64,000 nt of DNA from Antedon mediterranea (taxonomy: Eukaryota > Animalia > Echinodermata): the NCBI RefSeq assembly GCF_964355755.1, contig NC_092672.1, positions 35,160,437 through 35,224,436 on the forward strand. The letters run 5' to 3'. The notes below the pieces were generated by a model. That model was not told where the DNA came from, searched no databases, and saw only the letters and a program-made list of their open reading frames with translations. Below, piece after piece: positions 39,901-52,421 of the stretch (its first letter is position 1; the number at the start of each line of letters is the position of its first letter). A program made the position numbers and the translations under genes.

Positions 39901-40278
39901 TGGTAACCCATGATACTCTAATGGCAACCCATGATACTCTAGGGTAACCCACACGTGAATGGTAACCCACGCTTGAATGGTAACCCATACTCTAATGGTA
40001 ACCCATACTTTAATGGTAACCCATACTCTAATGGTAACCCATACTCTAATGGTAACTTACCCATACTCTAATGGTAACCCATACTCATTGTAACCCTTAC
40101 ACTAATGGTAAACCCATACTCTAATGGTAACCCATACTCTAATGGTAACCCATACTCTAATGGTAACCCATACTCATTGTAAACCCTTACACTAATGGTA
40201 AACCCATACTCTAATGTTAATCCATACTCTAATGGTAACCCTTACACTAATGGTAAACCCATACTCTAATTGTAACCC
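36960..40278. repeat. 3.3-kb 18-bp satellite (CCATACTCTAATGGTAAC) with a 1032-bp higher-order duplication
   Basis: Tandem units. Rare variants recur exactly 1032 bp apart (37265/38297, 37601/38633). Confidence 0.95.
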
Positions 40279-40813
40279 AGAGCTTAGTAGATGTAAGATG
40301 TTTACTTTGTTTTCTTCTTGAAATGTGCAATATATAGGCCATTTGGTTTTAGCAAGAGTACTGTGTATGTATCGCTAGGATTAGTTTAAGACTCTCATAC
40401 ACTCAAAACAAAATGATAAGCAAATCACATTGTTCTATGATGCACGAACAAAAAACAAATCTTATAAAACAAATCTCATAGGTTTATAAATATTATTTAT
40501 CTTTAATTAATTGATCTTATTTATTTTTCGTAAGATTTTTATATATTTAATAAATTCATGAAATGTATATTGAATTTTAATGATTTAGTTCCAAAGTTTC
40601 ATATTGAAAATTTGGATCATTTTAGGCTATATGAAGGAAATAGGATTATTTACAGTACATACAACTAATCCTCGTTGGGTTTTTTTTAAATTGAATATTA
40701 ACTTTTTAAATAATTTAAATGCATTCTAATATATTTGAAAGAATTCAAATATTTATATAAATATGAAACATAGTATACAGAACATTTAGAGAGGAAAATT
40801 TGATTATTATTAA

Positions 40814-41095
40814 AGATATTGTCCCCCTGAAAAATTTGTTAAATTTTTGTTGTTGAATATGCCATTTTAATTTCACAGTTATTCACTTTGACCAAAAATT
40901 TGATCACTAAAAACAATTATTTTCCTGAAAATTATTTGTCAGACAGCGGTTTTTGGTTAAATTTCTTTTTTTTTCTCCTTTTATAAGTGTAATCCTTTTT
41001 TTTTCTATAGAAAGGAATAAATTCTTTAAAACTGCAAAATGGGCTATTCTACGTCTGATTTCATCAATTTAATTTTTTTGGGGACAATACTGTCT
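40814..41095. mobile_element. Kolobok-like MITE (related partial copies at about 34163-34470 and 50543-50762)
   Basis: TTAA|AGATATTGTCCCC...GGGGACAATACTGTCT|TTAA, with internal sequence shared among the copies. Confidence 0.65.
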
Positions 41096-42081
41096 TTAAT
41101 ATATATATATTATATATTATTTCAGACCTAATTGTTAAAATCAAATATAGGATACTAAATTAATTTTTATTCAAGTACAAAAAAAACATTACTGAACACA
41201 TTGACAGACAGACAGACTGATGGAGTATTATCATGCACACAGACTACATGTTATTTTTAATTATGTATAAAATGATATGAATGTGACATTTATGGCTTCT
41301 TGGTTATTTCAATAAACACTGTGTGTGAAAATGATGCAATTTATTGACATTTTGCTACTTATATATCCTAGATTTCTAGACTTGCCCTAGTCTGTAGTTA
41401 TTTTGAGGCTTTTCGATGTTTGTCTGAAATACAAGCTCAAGTAGTAAACTTATAAAACGCCGTATGTGCAAAAATATTTATCTTTTTACTAATATTAAGT
41501 AAAAACTCTGTCTGGAACCCAAACTAATCCATTTCAAATAGGAGCTTGACAAGATGAATCAATTCAAAATTTACTCTATGATAAAAAAATGTGGTGTACC
41601 CATATATGGACATGATGATGGCATATCACTACCATATTTTGGCAAATTCTTACCTTATATGAGAAACATCACACTAGTAACACAGATACAACCAACAAAA
41701 TACACTTGAAATATTATATTGTTTTTATAAAATGTATAATTAATTTAATTCCAATAAATCAAATTAACCGACAACCGATTGATTATATTTTAATTAATAC
41801 GTTGTAATCTTTCTGATAAAAATATATAAAGTAAACTTTGAAAAAAAAAGATAAATAGATTTACAAATTACCATATTGTTGAATCGGAAACAAAATCTGG
41901 TTGGTTTGTTTATCTGTCTACACTATCAAACTAGTTTGACAAAAAAAGTGTGATGTGCCCAAATATGGTAGTGATATGCCCAAATATGATAGTAATATGA
42001 TCATCATGTTCATATATGAGCAGATAACATTTTTGATAGTGTATACAGAACTGTGAAACCAATTTTTCTCATAAAAACGAC

Positions 42082-43629
42082 TCATTTACTAACACTTGTG
42101 ACAAGTGGATTTGAAGGGTCACGACCTTCTTTACAAATCTTTAATGAGAAGTCCACCGTCTGGTAGCCCTGCGTTAACTTGCCCAACGACACAACGTCTA
42201 CATCAGGCCCAAAGTACGATGGCAAGGTGTCCTTTGTAACCCCTCCACTGGCCTCCACAATTACATGTGGGAAGCTTTGTTTAACTTGCTTGGCTGCGTC
42301 ATGGAGTGTCTAGTAATAAGAATTTAAACATACACAATTGTTGGAGCAAAAATGTAGATTAATATTAAATAAACTAAACTAACATATTACCAGATGTCAA
42401 CTAAAAATATCCTTTAAGCTCTGTCTACACTATCAAACTAGTTTGACAAAAAAAGTTTAATGTGCCCAAATATGGTAGTGATATGTTTAATATGGTAGTG
42501 ATATGACATCATCATGTCCATATATGGGTACATCACATTTGTTTGTCACATAAAGTTTGATAGTGTGGACAGAGCTTTATTGCAGCTCAAGTACAAATGT
42601 AATGAAATGTATTGCAATGTTAAAGACTATATTCCCCAACCCTGCCCTCACCAGATGGAGGGAGAGGGTGTAAGAGCCCGCAAACTACTTGCAGCTTACC
42701 TGCGAATGAAAGTTGTCCAACATAACAATATTTGCACCAGCAGTAGCGGCTTCCGTTGCTTCTTCTATACTTCGACATTCCACTTCAATTTTAATTGAAA
42801 ATCCGCCGACATTCCTCGCAGCAGTTACGGCCTAAAACGAGAGATTTTTAATGAATATTCATCGCTACCTTAAAAGCATTTCATTAAATCTCAGTTATCT
42901 TAAGCTCTGTCTACACTCTCAAACTAGTTAGAAAAAAAAAGGTGTGATGCGCCCAAATATAGTAGTTATATGCCAAAATATGGTCATGATGACATCATCA
43001 TATCCATATATCGGCACATCACATCATGTTATTTTTTTGGCCAGAATGGAGTGTACCTTTGAGATGCTTCCAGCACTCCATATATGGTTATCCTTCAACA
43101 TGATCATAGATGAGAGATCATAGCGATGGGTTGAAACTCCTCCCACCAACAACGAATATTTCTCAACCAATCGAAAACCAGGAGTAGTCTTCCTGGTTCC
43201 AGCAACTTTGCCATGCCAACCAGCTTCTTTAGCAATATCCGACAACTCCCGCGCTATTGACGCTATTCCGCTAGCCCTTGTGATACAGTTCAAACCTATT
43301 CTTTCCCCAAGTAGAATTTTATTCGCAGGACCTGTTACCCTAGCGACTGTACACACCGGTTCTAGTAGGTCACCTTCAGAGAAGTACCATTCTACGTAAC
43401 ACCCTAGTTTGCTGAAAATTGCATTGAAAAATGGAACGCCGCACAGAACACCTTGCGATTTGCACAGCAAAACAGCAGATTCTTTTTTGTTTCCAACGAC
43501 GAATCCACCGTAATCAAAGCTTGGGGTGTCTTCTTGCAACCATCTCTCCACCAGCTCCTGGATGGATACTGGATGCAGTAACGATGACAGGTCATGTATG
43601 CGATTCTCCATCACTATAGATTCAGACAT
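42082..43629 (-). CDS. QPRT: Quinolinate phosphoribosyltransferase (nicotinate-nucleotide pyrophosphorylase), 3 coding exons
   Basis: Exons 43629-43057, 42831-42700, 42309-42082. Motifs [74 protein letters not shown]. Confidence 0.96.
42417..42576. mobile_element. Harbinger-like MITE, family A
   Basis: TIRs with TTA flanks in a QPRT intron. Confidence 0.8.
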
Positions 43630-43670
43630 TCTAAAAAAAAAACCAATTTGTACACATCATTAAATATAAA

Positions 43671-44469
43671 TGTTATGCGCGATTTGAACGATTTGCGCAA
43701 TTTGAAATTGCGCAAAAAAATCCTTGCGCAATTTGAAATTGCGCAAAGAATTCTTGCGCAATTTTAAATTGCGCAAGGATTTTTTTGCGCAATTTCAAAT
43801 TGCGCAATCAACTTGCGCAATTTCAAATTGCGCAAGAAAATCTTTGCGCAATTTTAATTTGCGCTGCACAATTTGTAAATTGCGCAAGATAGTTCTTGCG
43901 CAATATGACACCTTTGCGCAATTTGAAAACGAACTGTAAATTTTCCCATACATGGCTAGGCTAGGCCTAGGCAGAGGAGTTTAAAATTTAGTATTTTATT
44001 ATATAAATAAGACCATTTCAATGAAGATAATGTTTAATACTCACTTTTTAAGTTTTTAATATTAGTTTAAGCTAGGCCATGTAACCTAGTCAGTATCAGT
44101 AGTCCAGACCCTAGCTAGGCTAGAGTAGTATAGCCGGCCGCCCGCGCCGCGCCCGCCTGGTGGAACACCACCGCTTCGTTTTCCTTCGTCGGTTCTTCGA
44201 CGGTATGCTAACTTATAACAATATTTGCACTACTAAAATAAGGAAATGCGATATTTATCTTTAATTTTGAATCATTCTTAGAAATTACTATAAAAATATG
44301 GGTGTGCATGATTTCACAATCTGTCGAAAAACCTTGCGCAATTTGCAGATTACTTGCGCAATTTAATACGTTGCTTGCGCAATTTGAAACACATGTTTCA
44401 ATTCAAATTGCGCAAGGATTTTTTTTGCGCAATTTCAAATTGCGCAAATCGTTCAAATCGCGCATAACA
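43671..44469. mobile_element. Non-autonomous TIR element with TGTTA...TAACA ends and 4-bp TSD (Ginger-like), rich in TTGCGCAA
   Basis: ~65-bp TIR TGTTATGCGCGATTTGAACGATTTGCGCAATTTGAA..., TAAA on both flanks, about 20 TTGCGCAA palindromes. Confidence 0.8.
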
Positions 44470-47212
44470 TAAATATTGAATTGGGCAAATAATGTGAAAT
44501 GAAGAATAAACGGTATAGAAAATCAATTTTATGTCAATGAAGTCGTAAAATAAAACACACAAGCACGCATATTCCTCTCTCTCCCCGCACAATTAGATTT
44601 ACTTTTATTCCAATAATATGCATGCATACAACAGCCTACAGATCCCGTCACTGTTTATATAATGTTTGGATACAAGCTATTATATTAGCCTATTAATTAT
44701 AGAAGCCTAATAACTAACACTAAACACATCAGAAGTATCCTAGTACACTACCTACCTACTGTATCTTATCAAGCTTAGTATAATATTAATAGATTTAGCT
44801 ATAATTTCTCTGACTTGTGTGTAACAAGGCCTACTACCTACTACTGGCTGGGGGAACTAAGTGCTTCAGATTTATCCATCTACACTCAACGCCCACTATA
44901 TTTAAACCTAGTTAATATTTAAAATAATGTTCACTTCGTATTCTTGAAAAAATTGGTTTTGATTGATTGATTGATTGATTGATGGATTGTTCAGCACCAC
45001 CACACTCAGCAGCAAGCAAAACAAGAACTGTGTTTTGATTTGTAGAGAGGGCAGCAAACAGTTCGCAGTGACACGTGCTACTACTCTGTTAGAGGTCAGG
45101 TCAGATTAAAAAAGTACGTGTGCATCAAGAAGTTTTTATTTAATTTTTACCTTTTTAATTAATTGTTAGGATAGAATTTGATCGATTATATTATTGATGC
45201 CTAATTAAGTTTGAGCTAGCCTATGTAGGCCTATATACTGGCTAAAAACGTGGCCTCTAGGCTAGCTATCTAGCTAGGCTAGCTAGCTAGGCCTAGGCTA
45301 GGCCTACTACTACTAACTAGGCCTAGTAGTACTAGCCTAGGCCTCCTACTAACTAGCCTAGACTCGAGACTCGGCAGTGTCAGTCAGGCAGTCACAGAGC
45401 CATAATATAAAGAGTTACGACATTGGATTAAAGTCACGTGATATGCAGATCAAATTGTGTCAAACTTGTCTCCGTGAATGCATGTAAAGTATAGGCTAAA
45501 AGAGCAACAAAATACTTTCAACTTTTTCTTATATTTAAAAAAAATGTAATTTTTACAGCATACAGAAGTACTTGCGGCATAGAATATTGCGCGCATACAT
45601 TATAAAGTTCAATTGATTGATTTTGGAAAGAAACATCCCATAACTACGTCTTATTAAGAACAATTGTAATATTTTCAATTCATATTAATGCATGCTTTGA
45701 TAATATAATAATTAAGTGTCATGGATATATTTGTATATATATAATAAAAGAAATTATTACAAATGAAATGATGAACGAGTCTCTGAAAGAGCCATACTGT
45801 ATAAAAAGAGGGGTGAATTTGTGTGTTTTTTGTATTGGTTCATGCTTTGATGTATCCTAACTTGCATGTAGACCCTAGAATTTATTTTTTGGTTATTATA
45901 AAAAATATATATATATATATGTTACCAAATCAATACCATTAATAAAATTAATTACTAATTTAATAAAAATGGAATCTAAGCATTATTTCATTGACAACAA
46001 AATCTAAAAATAATGCATGAACTATAGGGAAACGCTATACAAACAAAATAAACGCGTGCGCCCTCAGCGTGTGAATTCTTTGACACAAAAATGACTTCTA
46101 ATCTTCCAAGTCGTAACTCTTTATATATATATGGCCGGCTCTTGGCAGTCAGAGAGTTGCCAGTATGGCCTGACAGAGCCCGGTATCACCCGGTAGGGGT
46201 GTATGATACAGGGAAAAATGTCATTTTAAAATTTTGTTTAGCAATATTGCTAATCAAACTAATTTTTGAGTCGAGAAACATAGTTTTGTATTGTATTTTT
46301 TGCTATACAATTTTCAAAATGTGTAGCAATGAGGTTTTGTATAGCTTTTTGCTATGCTACACTGGCGAAATTATTCCCTGAATGATATAATATGTTATCA
46401 AGTTACCCTCCTCTGTGTGTGCCCGTTTGGTTTCAATTTTGATGTAGGCCTAATTTAATACAATTTGGAAAAATAATGATATAATGAATTAGCCATTTAT
46501 TACATTGTGAATATGATTTAATCAGCAGTACAACATTTAGTTTCATGAAATAAAAATTTATTTTGATTAAAAAAAAATTATTTTTGTTGAAGTACGTCAT
46601 TTTATAATACAAAATCGAAATACTAACCAAAAATAAATAACCCCTAAATTGGTTCTTTTAAATGTTTAATCTGTTATTTACTAATTATGCATGTTTTTTT
46701 CTTCTTTGCCTACAGGATAAAATGATGCTTTTGAAACAAAACAAAACTTGAATAAAGTACTCAAAATCAAAATAAACGATATTTACTTTGAATTATTTGT
46801 TACAAGGTATGTTAATAATATTTGCATCATATTTTTATTCAAATCTGCTTTTTTTTTGTGTCTTAATGTTGTTAGGATATGTACACCAAATCACTTTATG
46901 TAGTTATTATATTTTATTTAACTGTTGCTTCTTCAGTCTGTGGTCTACTCTATGTTGTATGATTTTGTTTTCTTGAAGAAATGACTTTGGTATTGTTTAA
47001 TTGCGGAAACTTTAATTTGCCCATTTCATCTGTTTTTGTCTTATTTCTGCAATAGCTTTTGTTTTCTCTGCTTTACCAAATTATGTTTACAGTGCCATTT
47101 TGAAACATAATTTTCTTTGAATGATTTCTTTGGTTGGTTTGCAGTGATGAAGCTGCGTTATTTTTTTATTCAGATATATTGAATCTATATTTTCCTATTT
47201 AGATACTTCAAA

Positions 47213-50044
47213 ATGAAACGAGCGTCTGCCAGGTCGGAACTTGAGGTGAAGCCAGAGCGACTATCGACCAATGAGGTGCCAGTAGGGCGTACACTACCTG
47301 AATGGTACCTCCCCGGTCCGTTTCTCCATGATGTTAGAATTTTGGCTTTTTCGTTTGTGTGCCTCACTGTCGTGCTATTACTATCAGGAGAGATGTTGTT
47401 AACTGTCCTAGCTCTTGGCTCTCTTGTAATTCACATCATTGACAATGTCGGTGCTAAGCAGCAAGCTGTCGCCGGTTATCTCTGTGTTTTTATCGCAGCC
47501 GAGTTAACCGTGATATATTCGGCAATCCCGTTACTTTGGGTTTCGCTTTACAACGTCATTCTGATATTTGCGTTGAACGCTTTTGTGGTGTTTACCGGAG
47601 GTTGGGTGCTTCTTCACTTTGACGCATTTCTTCAAGTAGAGCCGTCATTAACAGTTTTTATCGAAACTTCACTTTTTACATTTTATCCAGGAATATGTAT
47701 TATCGTAATGTCGTGGATGGTCGCACAAGCTTTAAGCATTTCAGCCGTTCCGTATGGCCTTGTCGTCTTTGGGTTTATTAGCGGTCAGCTGTTTTTACCG
47801 CAACACCCATCGTCATTCCATAAATCAAAACCCAAACAATCATTACAAAGTGTGCTATGCCCAGTTGAAGTAACTACTGTTTTAATGATATACAACATAA
47901 TTCCAATGCAATCATTCATATTCATAAATTTTTGGAGTATTTTTGAACTGAAAGTATTTTTGAAATTTATTTTTGTAATTTCATGTCCTGTTTTCCTTAC
48001 AACTCTTCTAGATGTGCATTATGTTTTGGAATATTATGAAATAAGTCTTCGTAAGAAAACCATTGTCCGATGGGTTTCTGGTTTGATATCATTAACAATC
48101 ATTTACTTTGTAACTTATCTAGACAATTTGGTTTCAAGTGGATTATTATCTTGGTTACCTGTAGTGTTGATGGTGACTGTTCTTCTTGGTATTTTTATGA
48201 GTCAAAAAAAGACTTCTGGTCGAAAAATCATGATCGTCTTTCTTGCCTGCGGTTCTTGTATTTTGTACATTTCTATGATCTTGTCGGTAATACCAACAAA
48301 TTTAGTAGCTTGGGGAGTCATTACCAAAGTCATTTGGTTGTTACTAGCATGCAATGCAGCACTCACGGTGGCGTGTGTCATTACAGCCGCAGTGTCAACA
48401 AAAGAACATCTTTCCGATCTGCTTTTATGTAGCGTCGCTGTGTTGGTGTTCAGCGAGCATCAGTTTCTCTCAATCGGATTGTATTCACATGGCATGCTAG
48501 CGGCTACAATCGCTATTGAATGTTATACGTTTTCAAGACTACAGAACGCTGGGAAGGTGTCATGGTACGTCACATGGTTATCTATGGGGATGCACGCAAC
48601 AAAATTTCCAGTGATCATTGAAAGCCAATTAAATCTAGAGAATTCTCATCATATAACTGCTTCGCCAATTGTAGACAAGTTATTTATAGCAATGTTTATT
48701 CTAGCAGTTAGTAAATTATTCTTTTTCGAATCTCGTCACTCGGTTCCTCTTCATCACGCCATCATGTACGCTTTTAGCATAACCATTTTATCGTTGCTTG
48801 TTACGGACTCTCTCCTGCAGCCCTTGTTCATCATGATCAGTCATATTGATTTTAATACAGCTGGTTCTATAGCGCTTGTATTGTTAACCTCCGGTATTCT
48901 GCTTCTAAAACTAACAATGTGTCACATGACAAAGTTTAAAGATGCAAAGACATTGAACATGATATCAATACTGCTTGGGGTTTTCATATTTGTTTTGCAG
49001 CCATCCTCTGATGCAACGTTTTCTAACATTTGTAACATCCTTCTCCTCGTGTCGTTCCTTGTCTGTATAATATTATTCCTAACGAGGTCGCCGCGATCAC
49101 ACCATTTATGTTTGGATTTAATATACTCACTTATCATTGGAGGACCATTAGGACTCAAAGCCTATCAACTATTAATCAATTCTGAACATTTTACGTTTAT
49201 AAATATAACGATTTATCTATTAGCTTCATCTTTGACAACTTTCGTTCACATTTCGGTACTTTTATGGTCACCTTCCACGAAAAACAAAAACACAAGTACG
49301 GCATTTTTACCAAGTTTTACTATAATTATTTCAGTTCTTTTTCTAACAATTTACATTTTGGAGTACAAACAAATCGGTTCAACAGACAAATATACCAATA
49401 TGGGTGATTTTTACGGGAAATATTCTCCCCCATGTACAAAAGTTTTTATGTTATATTTTTTAAGTGTGGCTGTAAATCTAAAAAGTTTGCTTGTTAGAAT
49501 CACCGCTGACAACCCGTTTGGTGTCATTTATCCAAGTTCGCTCCCCACTGCCGTTAACCTGGCAACACTTTTATCATATACACTTCTCGTATTTAACTAC
49601 CCACCTGATATTTTGCCAGAATTATGGGCTTGTGTTTGTTCTGTGGTTTTTCTGCTCATTACAAAAGATAATTTGTTTTTCTCAAGAATAGAAAAATTAA
49701 AAAAACCTGGTATTGTATTCACTTCTTGTGTAGTAGTCTTGTATATTGCAACATTGTACGAAAATAGCATTTGGAAAATTGGTGTTACTTTTAGAGGCTT
49801 ATTAGAATTGTTTATCGGTTGTATTGTGTCACCTGTTTTTTACTCTGTTTGTGCCTTTGTTTTGAATCGTTTTTATGTAATGCGTATCAAACTAGTTGTG
49901 TTTCTCAGTCCAGTCTGTGTACTTCTAGCCCTCTTTGGTACATCCCCAGCTAGCTGTATGTTGGGCTCTCTTGGGTTAGTATCTGGGCTCGGAAGTAGCT
50001 ACCTAGCAGTGCCCTCTTCAGATGTTGTAGACAATTTACATTAG
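47213..50044 (+). CDS. Intronless 943-aa polytopic membrane protein, NO EXINE FORMATION 1 (NEF1)-like
   Basis: Uninterrupted 2.8-kb ORF with about 20 or more hydrophobic segments and an acceptor at 47202 just before the ATG. N-terminal blocks (PGPFLHDVRI, LGSLVIHIID, GGWVLLHF...EPSLTVFIETSLF, PSSF...VLCPVE) align by eye with Arabidopsis NEF1 as recalled. Confidence 0.85.
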   Translation: MKRASARSELEVKPERLSTNEVPVGRTLPEWYLPGPFLHDVRILAFSFVCLTVVLLLSGEMLLTVLALGSLVIHIIDNVGAKQQAVAGYLCVFIAAELTVIYSAIPLLWVSLYNVILIFALNAFVVFTGGWVLLHFDAFLQVEPSLTVFIETSLFTFYPGICIIVMSWMVAQALSISAVPYGLVVFGFISGQLFLPQHPSSFHKSKPKQSLQSVLCPVEVTTVLMIYNIIPMQSFIFINFWSIFELKVFLKFIFVISCPVFLTTLLDVHYVLEYYEISLRKKTIVRWVSGLISLTIIYFVTYLDNLVSSGLLSWLPVVLMVTVLLGIFMSQKKTSGRKIMIVFLACGSCILYISMILSVIPTNLVAWGVITKVIWLLLACNAALTVACVITAAVSTKEHLSDLLLCSVAVLVFSEHQFLSIGLYSHGMLAATIAIECYTFSRLQNAGKVSWYVTWLSMGMHATKFPVIIESQLNLENSHHITASPIVDKLFIAMFILAVSKLFFFESRHSVPLHHAIMYAFSITILSLLVTDSLLQPLFIMISHIDFNTAGSIALVLLTSGILLLKLTMCHMTKFKDAKTLNMISILLGVFIFVLQPSSDATFSNICNILLLVSFLVCIILFLTRSPRSHHLCLDLIYSLIIGGPLGLKAYQLLINSEHFTFINITIYLLASSLTTFVHISVLLWSPSTKNKNTSTAFLPSFTIIISVLFLTIYILEYKQIGSTDKYTNMGDFYGKYSPPCTKVFMLYFLSVAVNLKSLLVRITADNPFGVIYPSSLPTAVNLATLLSYTLLVFNYPPDILPELWACVCSVVFLLITKDNLFFSRIEKLKKPGIVFTSCVVVLYIATLYENSIWKIGVTFRGLLELFIGCIVSPVFYSVCAFVLNRFYVMRIKLVVFLSPVCVLLALFGTSPASCMLGSLGLVSGLGSSYLAVPSSDVVDNLH

Positions 50045-50244
50045 CTCATAATTTAAGCCACACAGCTTAAAGTATTCATTTTTATACAGTAACTAATGCA
50101 TTAGTAAAATTGTTTTGTTACTGTTTATGAGGAGGATAATGGTTTGAAGAATTTACTACGTATAAGATGACAACAATTTTCTTTTTTGTTGGGTACTGTT
50201 TTTTTACAGTGGCATTTTAATGTTAATTGCTCAAAAGACATTAA

Positions 50245-50356
50245 AGGACCACTGGACACAGGACCATATTTTAACAACGTAACTCGCGATGGTTCTGAAA
50301 TCAACATCCCTAATAGTAATGCATTTTTAAAATATGGTCCTTGGTCAAGTTGTCCT
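50245..50356. mobile_element. Kolobok-like palindromic MITE in the NEF1-like 3' UTR
   Basis: TTAA|AGGACCACTGGAC.CAGGACCATATTTTAA...TTAAAATATGGTCCTTGGTCAAGTTGTCCT|TTAA. Confidence 0.7.
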
Positions 50357-52421
50357 TTAAATTTTGGCTAGAAAGGAAAGTTTATTAAACCTGTATTTTG
50401 TATTCAGTGTTAATAAAAATATTTAAAAAATTATTAATATTTGTAACTACAGTATTAATATTCAATAATTAATTAATATTTAATCAAACAAATTCATGTA
50501 ATTCATTTATAATAAATGATTGTGTTATAAATATAACTATATAAAGATATGTTTGTTCCCGAAAATATTAAAAAATATTGATTAAAATCAAATTTTTAAT
50601 AGGCTAGTTTTACAAAAAATAGAGCTTTTTGCCAATATATTTTTGGTCAAAGTGGATAACAATTATGTGACATTAAAATTGCCTATTCCTATTCAACAGA
50701 AAATGTTTTACAATTATTTTTTTTTTGTTGTGGGGCGTTGTGGTTGGGACTGTATGTCTTTATTGTTTCATTGTGTCAACAATAAATAAATATAGCTAAG
50801 AAATATTGTTAACAGTAGTACTGAAATCAAATTTGTAAATTTTTTTGTTTTACAGGGCTTTCAGTTGGTTAACAGAAATAAAAAGACTTTCGATTAAATT
50901 TTATTTTGTGTTTTGTTTTGTGTAAATAATTATGTGAACTAAATAATATTGAAAGTAATGATAATGATGACAGTAATTAATAAACCATAGCGGCAATATA
51001 AAAAGTACATTGAATATGTTTTTTATTTCATATGAGGAAAATCATATTTCATACTAACAGTACAATGTTAAGCTACCAAATCAATCGTAAGCTTTCACTT
51101 GTCTCTCCTCTTATAATAAAATTGGAAATTTATATATTTAGGCAAATTGCCAAGGATAACCATGAGCGAATTCATTCACTATCCGTCTTAAAGGTATCAA
51201 TCCTGTTCACAAGACAAACATATACACAAGATGCTCTACATAAACAAAGTCTTATTACATGTCTTTGGGAAGTGGAGTTGTCATTAAAAACAAATCATGA
51301 CAGGACTTGAACCCAGGAATCTTGAATTGGTAGCCAAGCATCATAACTACCAAACCACAACTCCACTGTGGACTAATTATGCATCTTGTATTTTATAAAC
51401 AACCCGAATACATTTTCTATTCAACGTCTTCACCACCAAAAAAAAAGCTGATACATCAAGTTGTTGCACTTTACTTTAATTGTATGTACAGTAAAAAAAA
51501 AACTTTCAGTTGATTTGATCATTTATAACCATTATTTTAACTTGGTCCTGTGTTTGCTGCTAAGGTAATTTATTCACTATTTATTTGTTTCAGTTGAAAG
51601 AACACTTTGACAAAAAAATGTAGATTGGGTGACCTGGCTTAGAAAGAAGAATAAAAATTGAATAAAAGATAAAAGATTATACTATAGTACTGTGTTACAA
51701 TAGTAAAGATAATCGTGTTGATATTTACAATATGCGGCAGCAGCAGCCAGAGGAATTCATTTGACAGAGGCTGCGTTCACACTTTATTATGTTCATCAAA
51801 TGCTGCATCGGAGCGTTTACAAGAGCACCAGCATCATTTACGGACCTGCCAATAGGTTAGATCATTATTTTAAGCTCTGTCTACACTATCAATCAAAAGT
51901 GTGATGTGCCAAAATATGATATGACATCATCATGTCCATATATGAGCACATAAATTTTTTTTTGATAGTGTAAACAGAGCTTTAGATTTTTTATCACAGG
52001 TTTTTGTCTCTGCATTGTCCGAATGATTTTTCATTGCTCTCTCTATTTTGTTTCCTCTTGCAATATCATACATATTATAATCATAATCATACATAATACG
52101 TTTAGGCAGATCTAGTTCTAGAGCATTTCTTGTTCTGTAACTGACACAGAATGTTTTTCAAACACATTTTTCCCATGTACAGTACCATTTTATACGTACA
52201 CTGGCCAAATATATGTATTACGGTGTGCCTGCTTTATAATTTACTCGTTTCTAGCAAAATGTAAGTAAATCACTATATGTGCTTAAACGCCCCTTTTAGA
52301 TATGAGTGAACTTGTACGGAAAAACTTTTTATTGGCGGTTATTGCCCTAAGCAATATTGAGATGACTTTTAAAATAATTTACGAATTTACGCTTTTTCCG
52401 ACAGAAGTAAGCACTCCTTTG

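Noticed and set aside
43724-43939. 71-aa ORF in the TTGCGCAA region
   Set aside because: Translation of transposon subterminal repeats.
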